DNA of 64,000 nucleotides, taken from the NCBI GenBank assembly GCA_000002445.1, contig CP000071.1, positions 1,248,001 through 1,312,000 of the forward strand. The letters run 5' to 3'. A program made the position numbers and the translations under genes. This stretch comes from Trypanosoma brucei (taxonomy: Eukaryota). Shown piece by piece: positions 51,101 through 60,715 of the stretch (position 1 is its first letter; each line of letters opens with the position of its first letter). The notes under the pieces were generated by a model, which was not told where the DNA came from, ran no database searches, and saw only the letters and a list, made by a program, of their open reading frames with translations.

Positions 51101-52291
51101 TCGAGGATCGTATGCCAGACGTTTTTCACGAATATTACCACCACATAGCTTAATTTGCAGCGATTTAGAACATTTCTGCGTGTGCTCCGTGAAGTTGCAA
51201 GCAAGACAAGGTTTTTCAGTTGTATCCCAGGAGTTTGAAAAGTTTCTCGACCCCCCTACAGCGGATTTCATTCTGATCATCATCTCTCCTTCATTACAAG
51301 ACACCTCAGTGCACACTAACAACCTCATCATATTCAGTGTCACCGGAGTAAAGGCAATGGAGAGGGCAATCAGCGCAGTACTGGTGAGTGCTTTGGACAA
51401 TTTGTCCGTCAGTTTAACCTGTATCTGTCTCCCCTTTTGAGAAATACTGAGTAAAGCCCATATGACAATTACGCTACTGGCAACAAAAAATGTAATAGCC
51501 ACTGCTTTATCATAACGGCCTATTTTCAAGGCTTCAGCTGAATCTTCTGTTGGCAATGTAACGTATATGAAGTATCCCGCTGCAATAGCAATGCCGCAAA
51601 CGAGCAGTTGGATTAAAATGCTGCGCCACCTACGAGCCTGGACATACACCTCTTTTTTTGCTTCGTAAGCGAGCAAGGCAGACGTTGCCCTCTTGTTTTG
51701 CGTCACACGTCTCACAGCTTTTTGTATTGCGGATACCTCTTCCCGATGCTCGGCCCCCCGATCGGCGGCCATTTCCAATCGTCTCTTTTTTTTCTGACTC
51801 CGACGTAACATGAATAGATAGATGATGCCTGCAACAAAGAGAACAATGAGACCCACTCCACCAGCGAGAACAAGAATCCTTTGTGTTTCGCGGGTCATTA
51901 TTTCCATTTTTTCTGCGCGAGGCGTGGAGACAAGCACTGCGCCAAGTACTGTAAAGAAAACGGCCACCACTTGCGCGAAAAGACAGAGGGACGCGCCCGT
52001 CGAAGACACAATCAAGAACCCTCCAAGAGAGATGACCATGGGAATAATGACAACAATAAATGTGTAGTTTAGGCGACTGTCGTGGGGAATCCAGTTGGGA
52101 AGTGTGAACATTTGTTCCCTTTTTTGTGAATCCCCCGTTAGATAATCATACGATATATGTAATAATGCCAACTGGCCTTTCGAAAGCGGCTGCAGAATTA
52201 TTTCTGGGAAGCTGTTTGGTGAGAGAGAGACCATGATGTACAAGTATTGCACGTATGCCACCGTCATGTCAAATAGGTCAACGAAAGTCAT
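48185..52291 (-). CDS. Polytopic membrane protein (1368 aa), paralog of the 43050-46181 gene, with longer cytosolic region and Cys-rich C-terminal tail
   Basis: It has the same N-terminal TM core as the upstream paralog, a roughly 600-aa hydrophilic region (GEGEGEGEGGG, acidic and basic stretches), a late TM helix MQIFFVALCLFSTLSLAMCIGGMMY, and a roughly 120-aa C-terminal segment with CCC, CRNR, CGMDFKNGC and C in ENCTTP. Confidence 0.7.
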   Translation of the reverse strand: MTFVDLFDMTVAYVQYLYIMVSLSPNSFPEIILQPLSKGQLALLHISYDYLTGDSQKREQMFTLPNWIPHDSRLNYTFIVVIIPMVISLGGFLIVSSTGASLCLFAQVVAVFFTVLGAVLVSTPRAEKMEIMTRETQRILVLAGGVGLIVLFVAGIIYLFMLRRSQKKKRRLEMAADRGAEHREEVSAIQKAVRRVTQNKRATSALLAYEAKKEVYVQARRWRSILIQLLVCGIAIAAGYFIYVTLPTEDSAEALKIGRYDKAVAITFFVASSVIVIWALLSISQKGRQIQVKLTDKLSKALTSTALIALSIAFTPVTLNMMRLLVCTEVSCNEGEMMIRMKSAVGGSRNFSNSWDTTEKPCLACNFTEHTQKCSKSLQIKLCGGNIREKRLAYDPRVSCREIDNFYKMSMSLVFIAYFVAYPAFLILSIDRATSILVDEYPLEKRICDEFNKKELYYEKTLMSRNVSSSLYVAFKYQFRRSRILFLLQRILLVLIGVLMRRGPGSVVAWLGISLITCICLVYLTYLMMVRPYARPVENWYSISHQLVLTFIGSLGVVGSMSTRELVPNAVTITAVALMIVAPMFALIVGSVLTFRNDRQRVERLQSRLKRDFETVADTAENQSPDNVVVGESLDNPNCKGQATACTDPDLPPRGDGTTVGSAQSPGDMANNPQPGAEVNDSSNGRETGLPAQNPQVLASLPAAGGGVKGDNTRQRSGNRADREGAPASGPSDGADIGTAVVFADEHNAPEETDKKEKVMKDDYFGDKRSFEPQEYFRGYKEVPLSHDCGEGEGEGEGGGMDDELYEQTAVKRGELKAVLSSLIREGDDYLPDDGYPPGVAVPSNALDGWRHETQHGEEYDSAKKEDDATKGKPSCFSVMLRWMRQCGKAFHVHSNTLRYGEVLQSRRTLKMTAGIAERPFWITPSESQFLAAKAEGCDVPAIRQSAGGDEGPSSPYEPSQFFAKLVEHKKKCWNPLVGPSSRAVTAAKTAKEGSGKTKGSNSPSSALAVVASNLPVAKEGNVNPYGQTITSDVSDRISAMLSKEQLCAALAELKAADLDRLLPRDLKDTTVTERRPSICPEFAPHVALEGESEGNWEAFVQRLLEDIPDPLEKYRETGSRESAEAEGSPKDTTTGRRQSVTLDAALKMAGSPSAKRKSWMDVSSARALVRGAANMNAENMPKLRRHYLLRQQLVDEYNSEAGKLESLQMAVDHRIAMSIRRYMQIFFVALCLFSTLSLAMCIGGMMYKGDNISLTNAQSAYSVHNQLFGYKSWEEFTRNCCCSSLSSPAALPPNNVMALERWVCRNRLVKERVRRDVLKGEAVDGFKIRELCGMDFKNGCKLKLHPKGRVEIENCTTPVTEQEILRW

Positions 52292-52975
52292 TGTTACTGT
52301 CGCCTAATTACTGGTTCTTTGCTTAGTTGTTTGCCTCCTTATTCTCTACCTCGCCTTGCTCAGAGGCGATATATTTCCTACCCCACCACTCTCCCTGCCT
52401 CCTACTTCGTATACTCTTCTTCACTTATATCTACCTTTTATACCACTTGAAGATTGTTTTGTCCACTTCCTTGACCCTTAGCCCCTCCGTATCGATGTGA
52501 CGGTCGGCGGAGACGTATCTTTGAAACCTTAAATATTCACTTTTTTTTTGTCCTTCCGTGGACTTACCGCCTTTTGACAGCCGGCGACTCTCAAACCCTT
52601 TCACCAACAAAAAACACGGCCGATGTACTGCCAAGCAAAATTGTGTGTGGTCGTTCGACAACTATTAGTTCTATAAGAAGGGAGATACAGTAAAATTTTG
52701 GGAAGAACGGAAACCATTATTTTTTTTCTTGATGAGCAGGCGGACGGTCATCCCGCGTAAGTAGAACATCATTTCTGGCCCCCCTTCACCTCCTTTGGCA
52801 GGTAGAAACAAAAGAGGCACACGAGCGTTGGAGGAAGAATAAAAGGGAATAAATAGCAATAGGGGGAGTAGAAACACAAATATATGAAGTATTCCTCAAC
52901 CCCCCCTAAACTTTTATGAGACCCATAACGGAAGATAAGAGGAGGAACAAACGGCGGTTGATATGCGGGAATGGC

Positions 52976-52997
52976 GAGGAGGAGGAGGAGGAGGAGG
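52976..52997. repeat. (GGA)7 trinucleotide repeat
   Basis: gaggaggaggaggaggaggagg in intergenic DNA upstream of the 48185-52291 gene. Confidence 0.85.
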
Positions 52998-53347
52998 CAA
53001 AGAGCAAGGGGCGATTCACTCATGTACATTAAGCATATGCACATATGCACACGAATGGGCATTTTCCCACCCTCTCACCATTTGTGTTTCCCAAGGCCCA
53101 ACATTACCAGAATTGCATATAAATGTAAGAATGTATATATGCACACAACACATCATACAATCAGTGTTGTCATAACCACACAATGTACTTTACTCCCATC
53201 CGTTACCGAATCAATCTTCATTTCGTTGCCCCCTCCTCCCCACCTCTCCGCCCACCCTAAAGTTCAATCGCCTTCTCCCATCCTCCCCATTCCCAGTCTT
53301 CACACCATTTTGTTTCATTAATTAAGTTTACCACAACAACTCATCCC

Positions 53348-53371
53348 TCTCCTCCTCCTCCTCCTCCTCCT
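53348..53371. repeat. (CCT)8 trinucleotide repeat (reverse complement of the 52976 repeat)
   Basis: ctcctcctcctcctcctcctcctc lies about 350 bp from the (GGA)n run in inverted orientation relative to it. Confidence 0.85.
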
Positions 53372-54404
53372 GCCTCATACACCTACTCTTCTTCTTTTTT
53401 TTCTTTTGTTCCCCTTCCACTCTATCAAGTTCTTAGTGCTCTTCTCAACAACGTTTTTCCATATTTCCTCGCCCCCGAGTAACAAAATGTCCGCCACAAA
53501 TATTTCTCTCTTGTCAAACTTGTCCCTCTCCCGACTTTCTTTCCCTGTGATACAGGTGTGGAAATAAGAAGGGAGTGTACAGGAAATAAAGATGAAACCC
53601 AAAACAAATAAAACCGACAGGATGGAAAAAAAAAACAAAAGGAAAGGAAAGTATATATAGTGCGACAAGCACCTTTACAGCAAGATGAAACTAATAATAA
53701 TAATAATAACAATAGAAACATAGCACTGGAAGACATATATTTTTTTTACGCATATACATGCACGTATATATACATATATATGCACAAAAAGTGTCGACAC
53801 GCAGGAGAACGGAAGAGGAGTCGCAACCAAAGATAATCAAAAAGACAAATAAAGCACGTTCGTGCACAACAATTTAATGAAAAGTTACTGCATAGGTACT
53901 CAAATCCACACTAGAGAGAGTGTGCCGACTAGAGGCGACCAACAACCACGGCGAACGGAGCTGAATGTCCACTAACGGATAAAGTTGCATAGTAACAAAA
54001 AAAAAACAGCTGACCAAACTATATTGTTATTGTGGAGAGAAAGGTTACATATGGTCACCGTACATTCCTTTACTTTATTTGGATGCCCTAACCCTATTTT
54101 ATGAAGCCGAATGCTGGCCGTTTATATTTTCTATTGGCTTCCATATCCCGTTGTCCACGAGGCTCTAACATACAGAAGCCACGTGTAATGCCACATATAT
54201 AAACAGATGTATATTCACCTTTGGCATGGATTACTCGCAGCACATGGGAGATGGTCAAGAGGGGCACGCACACATATAATTAACACCTCTCAAAGTATAG
54301 TTCTCCTGTTTCAAATTTCTGCGCACGATGACGCAGTCCGTGCCTATCGCTGGGATACTGGCACCAATTCGTACCATAATTAACGCTAAACGCACGGGTT
54401 CGGC

Positions 54405-57179
54405 TCACTTTGGTGCACTCTGGATCACTCGGTAAACCCCAATAATTGCCCCAACAAAACCAACAATGGCACCCGTTGGATGGATCATCGCTTTTAGAGG
54501 AGCATCCCGCTTCCCTGTGTCGTACCCCCCAAAGCAGTACATCACAGCAAGGTAAAACTCCGCTAAGTAACTCACCTGAAGCCAAATGGTAGCACTCCAG
54601 TTAGAATGAGATCGCACCAACCATATGTAGTTGAAAAGCCTTCGCATCAGCCACGGAATAAACAGAAAGACAACCTCAGCGCGTCCTGTTATCGACTTAG
54701 ACGCTTTTTGCCGTACAGCGGCATTCCCATTGGTCTCAACTTCCTCCGTGTCAGTGACGCCTTTTTCCTCCGCTGTTGTGTCATCACCACCCTCCTCGAG
54801 CTTTTCACCCTGTTCGTCGGGTGATGTCATCTCAACAAAGAGCTTGCCGCATACACGACAGGCGGGGGCGATGTTCTCCGGATCAGCAGCCTCAAAGTAA
54901 CCCGGGGAGGAGCAAATGGGCACGCCGAAATCGAGATCCACATCTGGGAAGTACAAATTTGCCTGCCGCCGGATAACGAGCTCACGGAAAAGCATTACGG
55001 AGCCCCTTGTGTCGGGGTCCTTACAACCACAGCGAAACCTGGGATTGTCTCTGACATTTGTATACTTGTACCAACCGGGGTTCAACAGACGAATTGTGTT
55101 CAGGAGGACGTCAATGCTGGCAACTATCAACCATAGCCAGTGGCAGTGCCGTTGAAGAAGCGCACGGTTTTTCTCAACCGGTGACAGGTTTAAAAAGTGC
55201 TCAGATGAAAGCAGGAGGAGGTCGCGGAGCAGACGGCGGGCAATAGTCGCGATACTGCGCACGGCCTGAAGTAGTATGAGAGGTGTGCTGAACTGGAGAA
55301 TACCCTTGCGTCGACTCGCAGGTTTCCCCATCTCTGCTGCAAGACCTCTCTCCCTCTCTTCTTCCCTGTCGTCAGAGGGAGAGACAGTACCATTAGACTC
55401 TAAGTGGTTATCACCTTCATCAAAGGCTGCACCGAGTGAGAACATGTTCTCTTCTGCACCTATATCATCACCGTTATCAACAGCACTCCCACAACGTGCA
55501 AACTTGGCTCTAGAGGGTTGGTTCTTTGACATTTTGTTCATACTGTCACCTTCACCTTGGTGAGGCAACCGCAGAGCATCACCAAGCTTCGGTTCGTACG
55601 GCACAGTTTGGTACATTTTAAAATAACTCTGATGAGAGTCATCAGGATTTCTGCTCGTTGAGAAACCCTCGTTGTATGTGTCGCCTTTGGGTTTCCCTTC
55701 TTGCATCAAACTATAATTAAGCGAACCACCGCAAATGCTGCTGGGTGCCGTATTGTTGTTGTGAGCGATTGATGTGTTGTTGCTGTTGCTTGACTCATCA
55801 TCGGCTCCAGTGCATCGGAGTGGCCGCAGTAACGTGGCAGGTTTTGATAGTGACGCCCTTGTGGTGTTACCAATACCAACTGCATACATCTCAGTGGCGG
55901 CAGGGTATAATGACGGAGGGGTCGCGGAAGGGGCGAGAGAACCCGAAGTGAGCGCCTCAGTTCGCAGCGGATCACGAACCATGAGACCTTTACCTTCTGA
56001 TAGTGTTGAGAAACCCGCCACCTTGCGGTCTCCATCTTCTTTAGCCTCCTCGCTTTGCAACGCCATATCAGACGCTTTAATGGCACCAGAAACTCCCACC
56101 TCCTTCTGTTGTATCCCGGTCAGACTCGGACCAGTAGTAACTAATTTCGCATCGATAGAATGCAACTCTGAGACGAACTGACGAGGAAACTCCACACGAG
56201 CGACGTGCTCATATGTGTCACCAGGAACCAAAACTTCCCTATTCACAAACTGACCGGCGCTTCCTCCCCCAACACCATTGTTGTCCCACCCGATAAGTCG
56301 TCGCATCACGGACCCCGGTGGAAGGGATAAGTATCGGCATAAGAACGCCTTAAATTCACCCTTCACCTCCCTCATAGTCCTTCCATATTTCAAGGCAAGT
56401 CTTTCGTAAACCTCCTGCAGGTAAAAAGCATTCACTATCCAACGCCCCAACTTGAACAAGCTGCGTCCGTGGCGAATGGTGTTAATATTTTTTCGAAAAC
56501 GTTCTGCCCAGTAATCTGCAGTCTCCTCCGAACCCTGTGGGAGGATTGACGGCCGCATCAAAAGACAAATTAAAAGATGCAAACTACACTGCATACACTT
56601 AAATAATCTGTCCCGACCGTCTGAAGCTGTCAACAAATAAAGAAATGTGCTTCGTGGAAGGTCATTAGGAATCAAGAACGCCATGTTGTCATCAGCACCC
56701 TGCAAGAAACCACCTACTCGCACCTGCGTGCGGTCAAAGTTGTCACCATCTCTACGTGAAACAACCCTGTTAGCAATATCTGCCTCCTCATCGTCGTCCA
56801 GACCATCTTCATCTTTTTCTGTGCCAGTGTTTGGATAAATAACTGTCATGAATGGGTCAACGGTGCCTGAATCTAAAAAACCTTCTGGAGAGCCATCGCC
56901 GGCCGGATCGGCTGCGTCGTCTTTACGCTTTGAACTCTCTTTGGGGAAGCCAAGTTCCTCCTGCAGAAGCTGTGAAGAAGTTCCTATTTTCACCACTCTC
57001 TTACGCGGTACTGGTGCTTTAATCGCAGATGATCCAGCGACCGCGTCAGGCAAAAACTCCTCCTCATTATTATTATTATTGTTATTATGTGCCCCAGCAA
57101 CAGCAGCGTCGCATCCGCTGTTGTTACTGTCAGCCATTAATCCGCAGCTACTGCACGGTAGTTCGTGGCTGATAACCAA
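54405..57179 (-). CDS. Giant PEX11-family protein (glycosome/peroxisome membrane-remodelling family) with about 550-aa insertion and Cys cluster
   Basis: aa 188-246 DGRDRLFKCMQCSLHLLICLL...HGRSLFKLGRWIVNAFYLQE matches the PEX11 N-terminal signature (human PEX11A QGRDRLFRATQYTCMLLRYLL...TGRKWFRLGNVVHAIQA; yeast GREKVLRLLQY). The C-terminus KAMIHPTGAIVGFVGAIIGVYRVIQS matches the PEX11 C-terminal helix NPGIIGLGGLVSSIAGMITVAYPQ. Between them lie a long disordered insert and RCGCKDP...CSSPGYF...CRVCGKLF. An alternative start at Met166 (MAFLIPNDL..., about nt 56684) would put GRDRLF at the canonical position. Confidence 0.6.
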   Translation of the reverse strand: MVISHELPCSSCGLMADSNNSGCDAAVAGAHNNNNNNNEEEFLPDAVAGSSAIKAPVPRKRVVKIGTSSQLLQEELGFPKESSKRKDDAADPAGDGSPEGFLDSGTVDPFMTVIYPNTGTEKDEDGLDDDEEADIANRVVSRRDGDNFDRTQVRVGGFLQGADDNMAFLIPNDLPRSTFLYLLTASDGRDRLFKCMQCSLHLLICLLMRPSILPQGSEETADYWAERFRKNINTIRHGRSLFKLGRWIVNAFYLQEVYERLALKYGRTMREVKGEFKAFLCRYLSLPPGSVMRRLIGWDNNGVGGGSAGQFVNREVLVPGDTYEHVARVEFPRQFVSELHSIDAKLVTTGPSLTGIQQKEVGVSGAIKASDMALQSEEAKEDGDRKVAGFSTLSEGKGLMVRDPLRTEALTSGSLAPSATPPSLYPAATEMYAVGIGNTTRASLSKPATLLRPLRCTGADDESSNSNNTSIAHNNNTAPSSICGGSLNYSLMQEGKPKGDTYNEGFSTSRNPDDSHQSYFKMYQTVPYEPKLGDALRLPHQGEGDSMNKMSKNQPSRAKFARCGSAVDNGDDIGAEENMFSLGAAFDEGDNHLESNGTVSPSDDREEERERGLAAEMGKPASRRKGILQFSTPLILLQAVRSIATIARRLLRDLLLLSSEHFLNLSPVEKNRALLQRHCHWLWLIVASIDVLLNTIRLLNPGWYKYTNVRDNPRFRCGCKDPDTRGSVMLFRELVIRRQANLYFPDVDLDFGVPICSSPGYFEAADPENIAPACRVCGKLFVEMTSPDEQGEKLEEGGDDTTAEEKGVTDTEEVETNGNAAVRQKASKSITGRAEVVFLFIPWLMRRLFNYIWLVRSHSNWSATIWLQVSYLAEFYLAVMYCFGGYDTGKRDAPLKAMIHPTGAIVGFVGAIIGVYRVIQSAPK

Positions 57180-58376
57180 TTCTGTTCCCTACAGGAGAAC
57201 CAAAGTAAAAGAGGGTAAATGAAAAAAAAAAAGGGAGGCGGGAGAAATAGGGCAGTAGTACGGGGCAAAAATACACGGATCGACGCCCGTCACACTTTCT
57301 CCTTCCCGCTATAAACCGAAAAAATAAAACGAAAACACATACACACACACACAAAAAAAAAAAAAGAGCGACGTTCCACAGTTCCATTTTTTTTGTACGT
57401 ATACCACCACGCGAAGCACACAAACCGGATGGAAATATCACATCACAAACCTCACATTCATGTGTTTAAAGGTGCCTAATACAACAAGCCCAATAATGTA
57501 GAAACATGTACACCGCCTCTAGCGAAAAAAAAAAAATGGCTCAGGCACCTCATGAATAATGTGCCCTCAACTATACAAGGAGAATCCCAGTGGTTGTCTA
57601 ATTGAAAAGACACACAAACTCGGAAATTATGAAAATTCACACCGCTACCTTAATAGTTTGAAACACTTCCTCCCTAAGTCACAGTTCTTCATCTTAGTTT
57701 CCCTAGCTTGGCTACAGCAAGGGATGGTTGCGGGTTAAACAAGCGTGCACCACACACGTATCTATTTATATATGCATAGTTAAGTCATACACTAATAACC
57801 CCCTGTTTAAAAAAAAAAGACAAAAAACAAAAAGCTAATAAAGAGAGGTTTGCAAAAGCTGAAGTGAAGTATTACACCACACATTTTCACCCTGAGGTGG
57901 ACAAGAGTTATCCAAGTAAACGGAAGACAGGTCAGACGATGCGGACCGACAACTTAGTGATAATAACAACAACTTGTTCGCTGGAAGTTTAGCATTTTAG
58001 CGGAGGAAACGAAAACAAGCTGTTTTTTTTTAAAAATCGATGGCTCGCGACAAAGAAAGTGCCCAACAAAAAAAAGTTGTACTGAAGAAGATTTAAAGCA
58101 CAACACCCCGTTACACGTCCAGTTGGTGCCTGAGAAAATTAGTTTCCTCCACCATTTGAATTTTTCGCCCACAACTCTCACCACTCACATCCAATACTCA
58201 CGATATCGACGCCTGCTGCTTCACCCTCCCCGCAAAACTATTCCTCGTTACTTTCCCGCAGGGCCTTTGATTCTCATTTACCCTTTCCCTCTTCCTTCTT
58301 TTGGTGCTCATCGGCCTCAACATACTCTTCTCCTATATTTTTTTCCCCCTTCCTCTGGCTCCCTTAATCAATAAAT

Positions 58377-58718
58377 TCAAGCAGTGGAGGAAACATACTC
58401 CCTAGTTCCTGCTGCGGCGAGGCGCTTACGCTGCGGCGCGCTGCCGGGTTCATAAGCGGGGAACTTTTGCTCCCGCTCCTCCTCATCCTGCACTCCTGCG
58501 TAGTGCATCCACGCGAGGCCGAATCGCTCCGTGTCTTGCGTGACCATGGCAGCATTGTAAGCGATAACAAGCGCGGCAGGGGTTAAGAAGGAAAGGTAAA
58601 CACTTCCAACATGCCTCGCATACGTCTTTGTGAACTGCCACACTTTGTTCCACCTACTCTCACCGTCAGCGGTACCGTTGAGCATCATAAACATATATAT
58701 TTGCTTACGTGGCCGCAA
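58377..58718 (-). CDS. Small hypothetical single-pass membrane protein (113 aa)
   Basis: This ORF on the coding strand of the unit lies in a 2-kb gap between two genes. It has one clear hydrophobic helix VYLSFLTPAALVIAYNAAMV, a basic N-terminus and an acidic C-terminus with non-repetitive composition. I recognise no family. Confidence 0.35.
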   Translation of the reverse strand: MRPRKQIYMFMMLNGTADGESRWNKVWQFTKTYARHVGSVYLSFLTPAALVIAYNAAMVTQDTERFGLAWMHYAGVQDEEEREQKFPAYEPGSAPQRKRLAAAGTREYVSSTA

Positions 58719-59266
58719 CTACTTTTGTTTTGATTATCGCTTGCGCTGCTACTGTTTCTACCGGATATTCGTCTGCGTCCCTTCCTTTCCGCACGAGAGG
58801 ATGAGAGTGTGAATATGGAATAATTATTTTGCAGTGTAAAAACAAGCAGCCTGTGAAAGGTACACGGAACACGCTGTCAAGCAAAGCGATGAAAGAAAGA
58901 AGGCATGGAAAGTGCAGGAAGTCACGAAACAAGAAACAGTAACCTCAATAATGAGTGCAGCCTGCTAACACCGCATACTTGAGAAATGTGTTACACTCAT
59001 CACCCTTTCTCCCGCATACTCGCAATAGGAGAGGAAAAATAATGGAGCGAAAACTGGAAAAAAACGAGGGGAACCCCCAGTATGGTCTCGCTACTGCATC
59101 CGACTATCAACACCCCGGCCCCCTTTCAAGTCAACAGTCACACGGTTCGTTCATTACCATCTTCTCTCTGTGTATATTCCAAAATCATCACTCTTCCCCC
59201 CCCCCCTCCCCCAAGTTGCCTCCGCTACCGCAAAGCAACAGCATTAAGCAAACGCAAGCATCACGA

Positions 59267-60715
59267 TCAGTCCTCAGGACTGTAGTTTTCCCGAACGATG
59301 CGGTGAATCTGCGACGGCGTGTACTCCGACTCGTTAGTTGCGTAGAGCGTAATCAACTCTGGAGGCACATACTCCGTCACTGGTGAGTGCACCACAAAAG
59401 AGCCAAACGTGTCAACATCAGCTCCGTACGGAGCTGGCAGTACATCACCTGGAGACCCGTATGTGTTCCACGGTATTTCTTGTGCTGAAGAACGAGAAAT
59501 TTTCACCAGGCTTGTGCAGTACGCATCACTGGGGTAAAATGGAGTCATTTTTATGGTTGCGGTTACTACGAGCACGGGAACGGCAAAATGCTTGGCTGCG
59601 ATACAAAGTGGATGGGTTCCAATAGGCGCAAGAATCCCGCCATTTGCGAGGACGTTTTCAGCACCGATCAGCACTTTTGTGCAGGTACCCATAACCGCAA
59701 ATGCAGAGCTGTCGGGTAACACTTGCACTTCTGCGTGCTTGGAGCGTAGCTCCGCTGCTAATTTATGGGACGCCTCGCACAGAAGAGGTGCACCCTCCAA
59801 AATAATAACTTTAAACGAAGTTCCCGCTGACAGAGCATGTAAGAGGTACCGACGGGTTGTATGGCTGCTACCTGTTGTTATTACCGTGTCTGTTGGGTGC
59901 AGTTGCTTTACCGCACGCTCGCATAGGGCGTCGCACATCCCCTCTATTTCAGCACGGAGTTCTACAATATGTTGCAAGACACAGTTGAAAAAATCGTGGG
60001 CGTGTACGAGCACGGCCGCTTCCTCACGCACCACGCTGTCCACCTCACGCCGACTCGGCGCCCTGCGGAGTGTTTGCCTGCCAGGGATGCCAACGGTTGA
60101 TATTTCCTGCTCCTCTTCCTCATAACTCTCATTGGAATCATTTGTAGTGCCCGTCCCCCGTCCTGTACCGCCTGCAACTGAGCACACGCCACTCGACTGC
60201 CGATTAGTGGTCGCCAGCCGCTGCATATCCAACGAAGCACTTTTCTCATTGTCTGACCCACCCGCATCCCCCTTCTCAAAGCTATCAACCTCATTACTGC
60301 TCACTTTACATTCAACGGCAGCCGTACGAATAAAAGAGAGCACGCGACGCGTGACATTTGTGAGCAGAAGCGTACCAAATTGGGCGCGCAACATTGCGTC
60401 ACCAGTGAATGAGATGAGCCATATCAGTCGATGCACGTCCCTAGAGGTTATAATCTCACAGGAGTGGGAGTGAGTCCCTGTAGTGCCTTTCTTTTCCAGA
60501 TGGTTTTTAAATTCTGTAATAATTTCGTGCATAAGCTGCACCGAGCCGCTGGCTGCCGTCATCGAAAAGCTTTTACCATCACGCGGCCCCAACTTGCCGC
60601 GGCGAACGTTTCCCACAAACTTCTCAATAAGATCCCCGATAATCTCCATTAAAGGTGAGGCCTCCTCTTGTATCCGAATCGATCGTTTCCCCATCGCAAC
60701 TATGACTGCTACCAC
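59267..60715 (-). CDS. Translation initiation factor eIF2B regulatory subunit (IF-2B family, delta-like)
   Basis: The C-terminal 300 aa carry the IF-2B fold motifs VITTGSSHTTRRYLLHA, KVIILEGAPLLCE, VLIGAENVLANGGILAPIGTHPLCIAAKHFAVPVLVV and the family-terminal EYVPPELITLYATNESEYTPSQIHRIVRENYSPED (compare human eIF2B-delta ...PPELITLFISN...IYRLMSELYHPDD). A roughly 200-aa N-terminal extension is consistent with the delta (or beta) subunit. Confidence 0.8.
   Translation of the reverse strand: MVAVIVAMGKRSIRIQEEASPLMEIIGDLIEKFVGNVRRGKLGPRDGKSFSMTAASGSVQLMHEIITEFKNHLEKKGTTGTHSHSCEIITSRDVHRLIWLISFTGDAMLRAQFGTLLLTNVTRRVLSFIRTAAVECKVSSNEVDSFEKGDAGGSDNEKSASLDMQRLATTNRQSSGVCSVAGGTGRGTGTTNDSNESYEEEEQEISTVGIPGRQTLRRAPSRREVDSVVREEAAVLVHAHDFFNCVLQHIVELRAEIEGMCDALCERAVKQLHPTDTVITTGSSHTTRRYLLHALSAGTSFKVIILEGAPLLCEASHKLAAELRSKHAEVQVLPDSSAFAVMGTCTKVLIGAENVLANGGILAPIGTHPLCIAAKHFAVPVLVVTATIKMTPFYPSDAYCTSLVKISRSSAQEIPWNTYGSPGDVLPAPYGADVDTFGSFVVHSPVTEYVPPELITLYATNESEYTPSQIHRIVRENYSPED

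Noticed and set aside
52431-52661. 76-aa minus-strand ORF just upstream of the 48185-52291 gene
   Set aside because: It is short, has no recognisable motif and sits where the 5' UTR and splice-acceptor region of the downstream gene are expected, so there is not enough evidence to call a gene.
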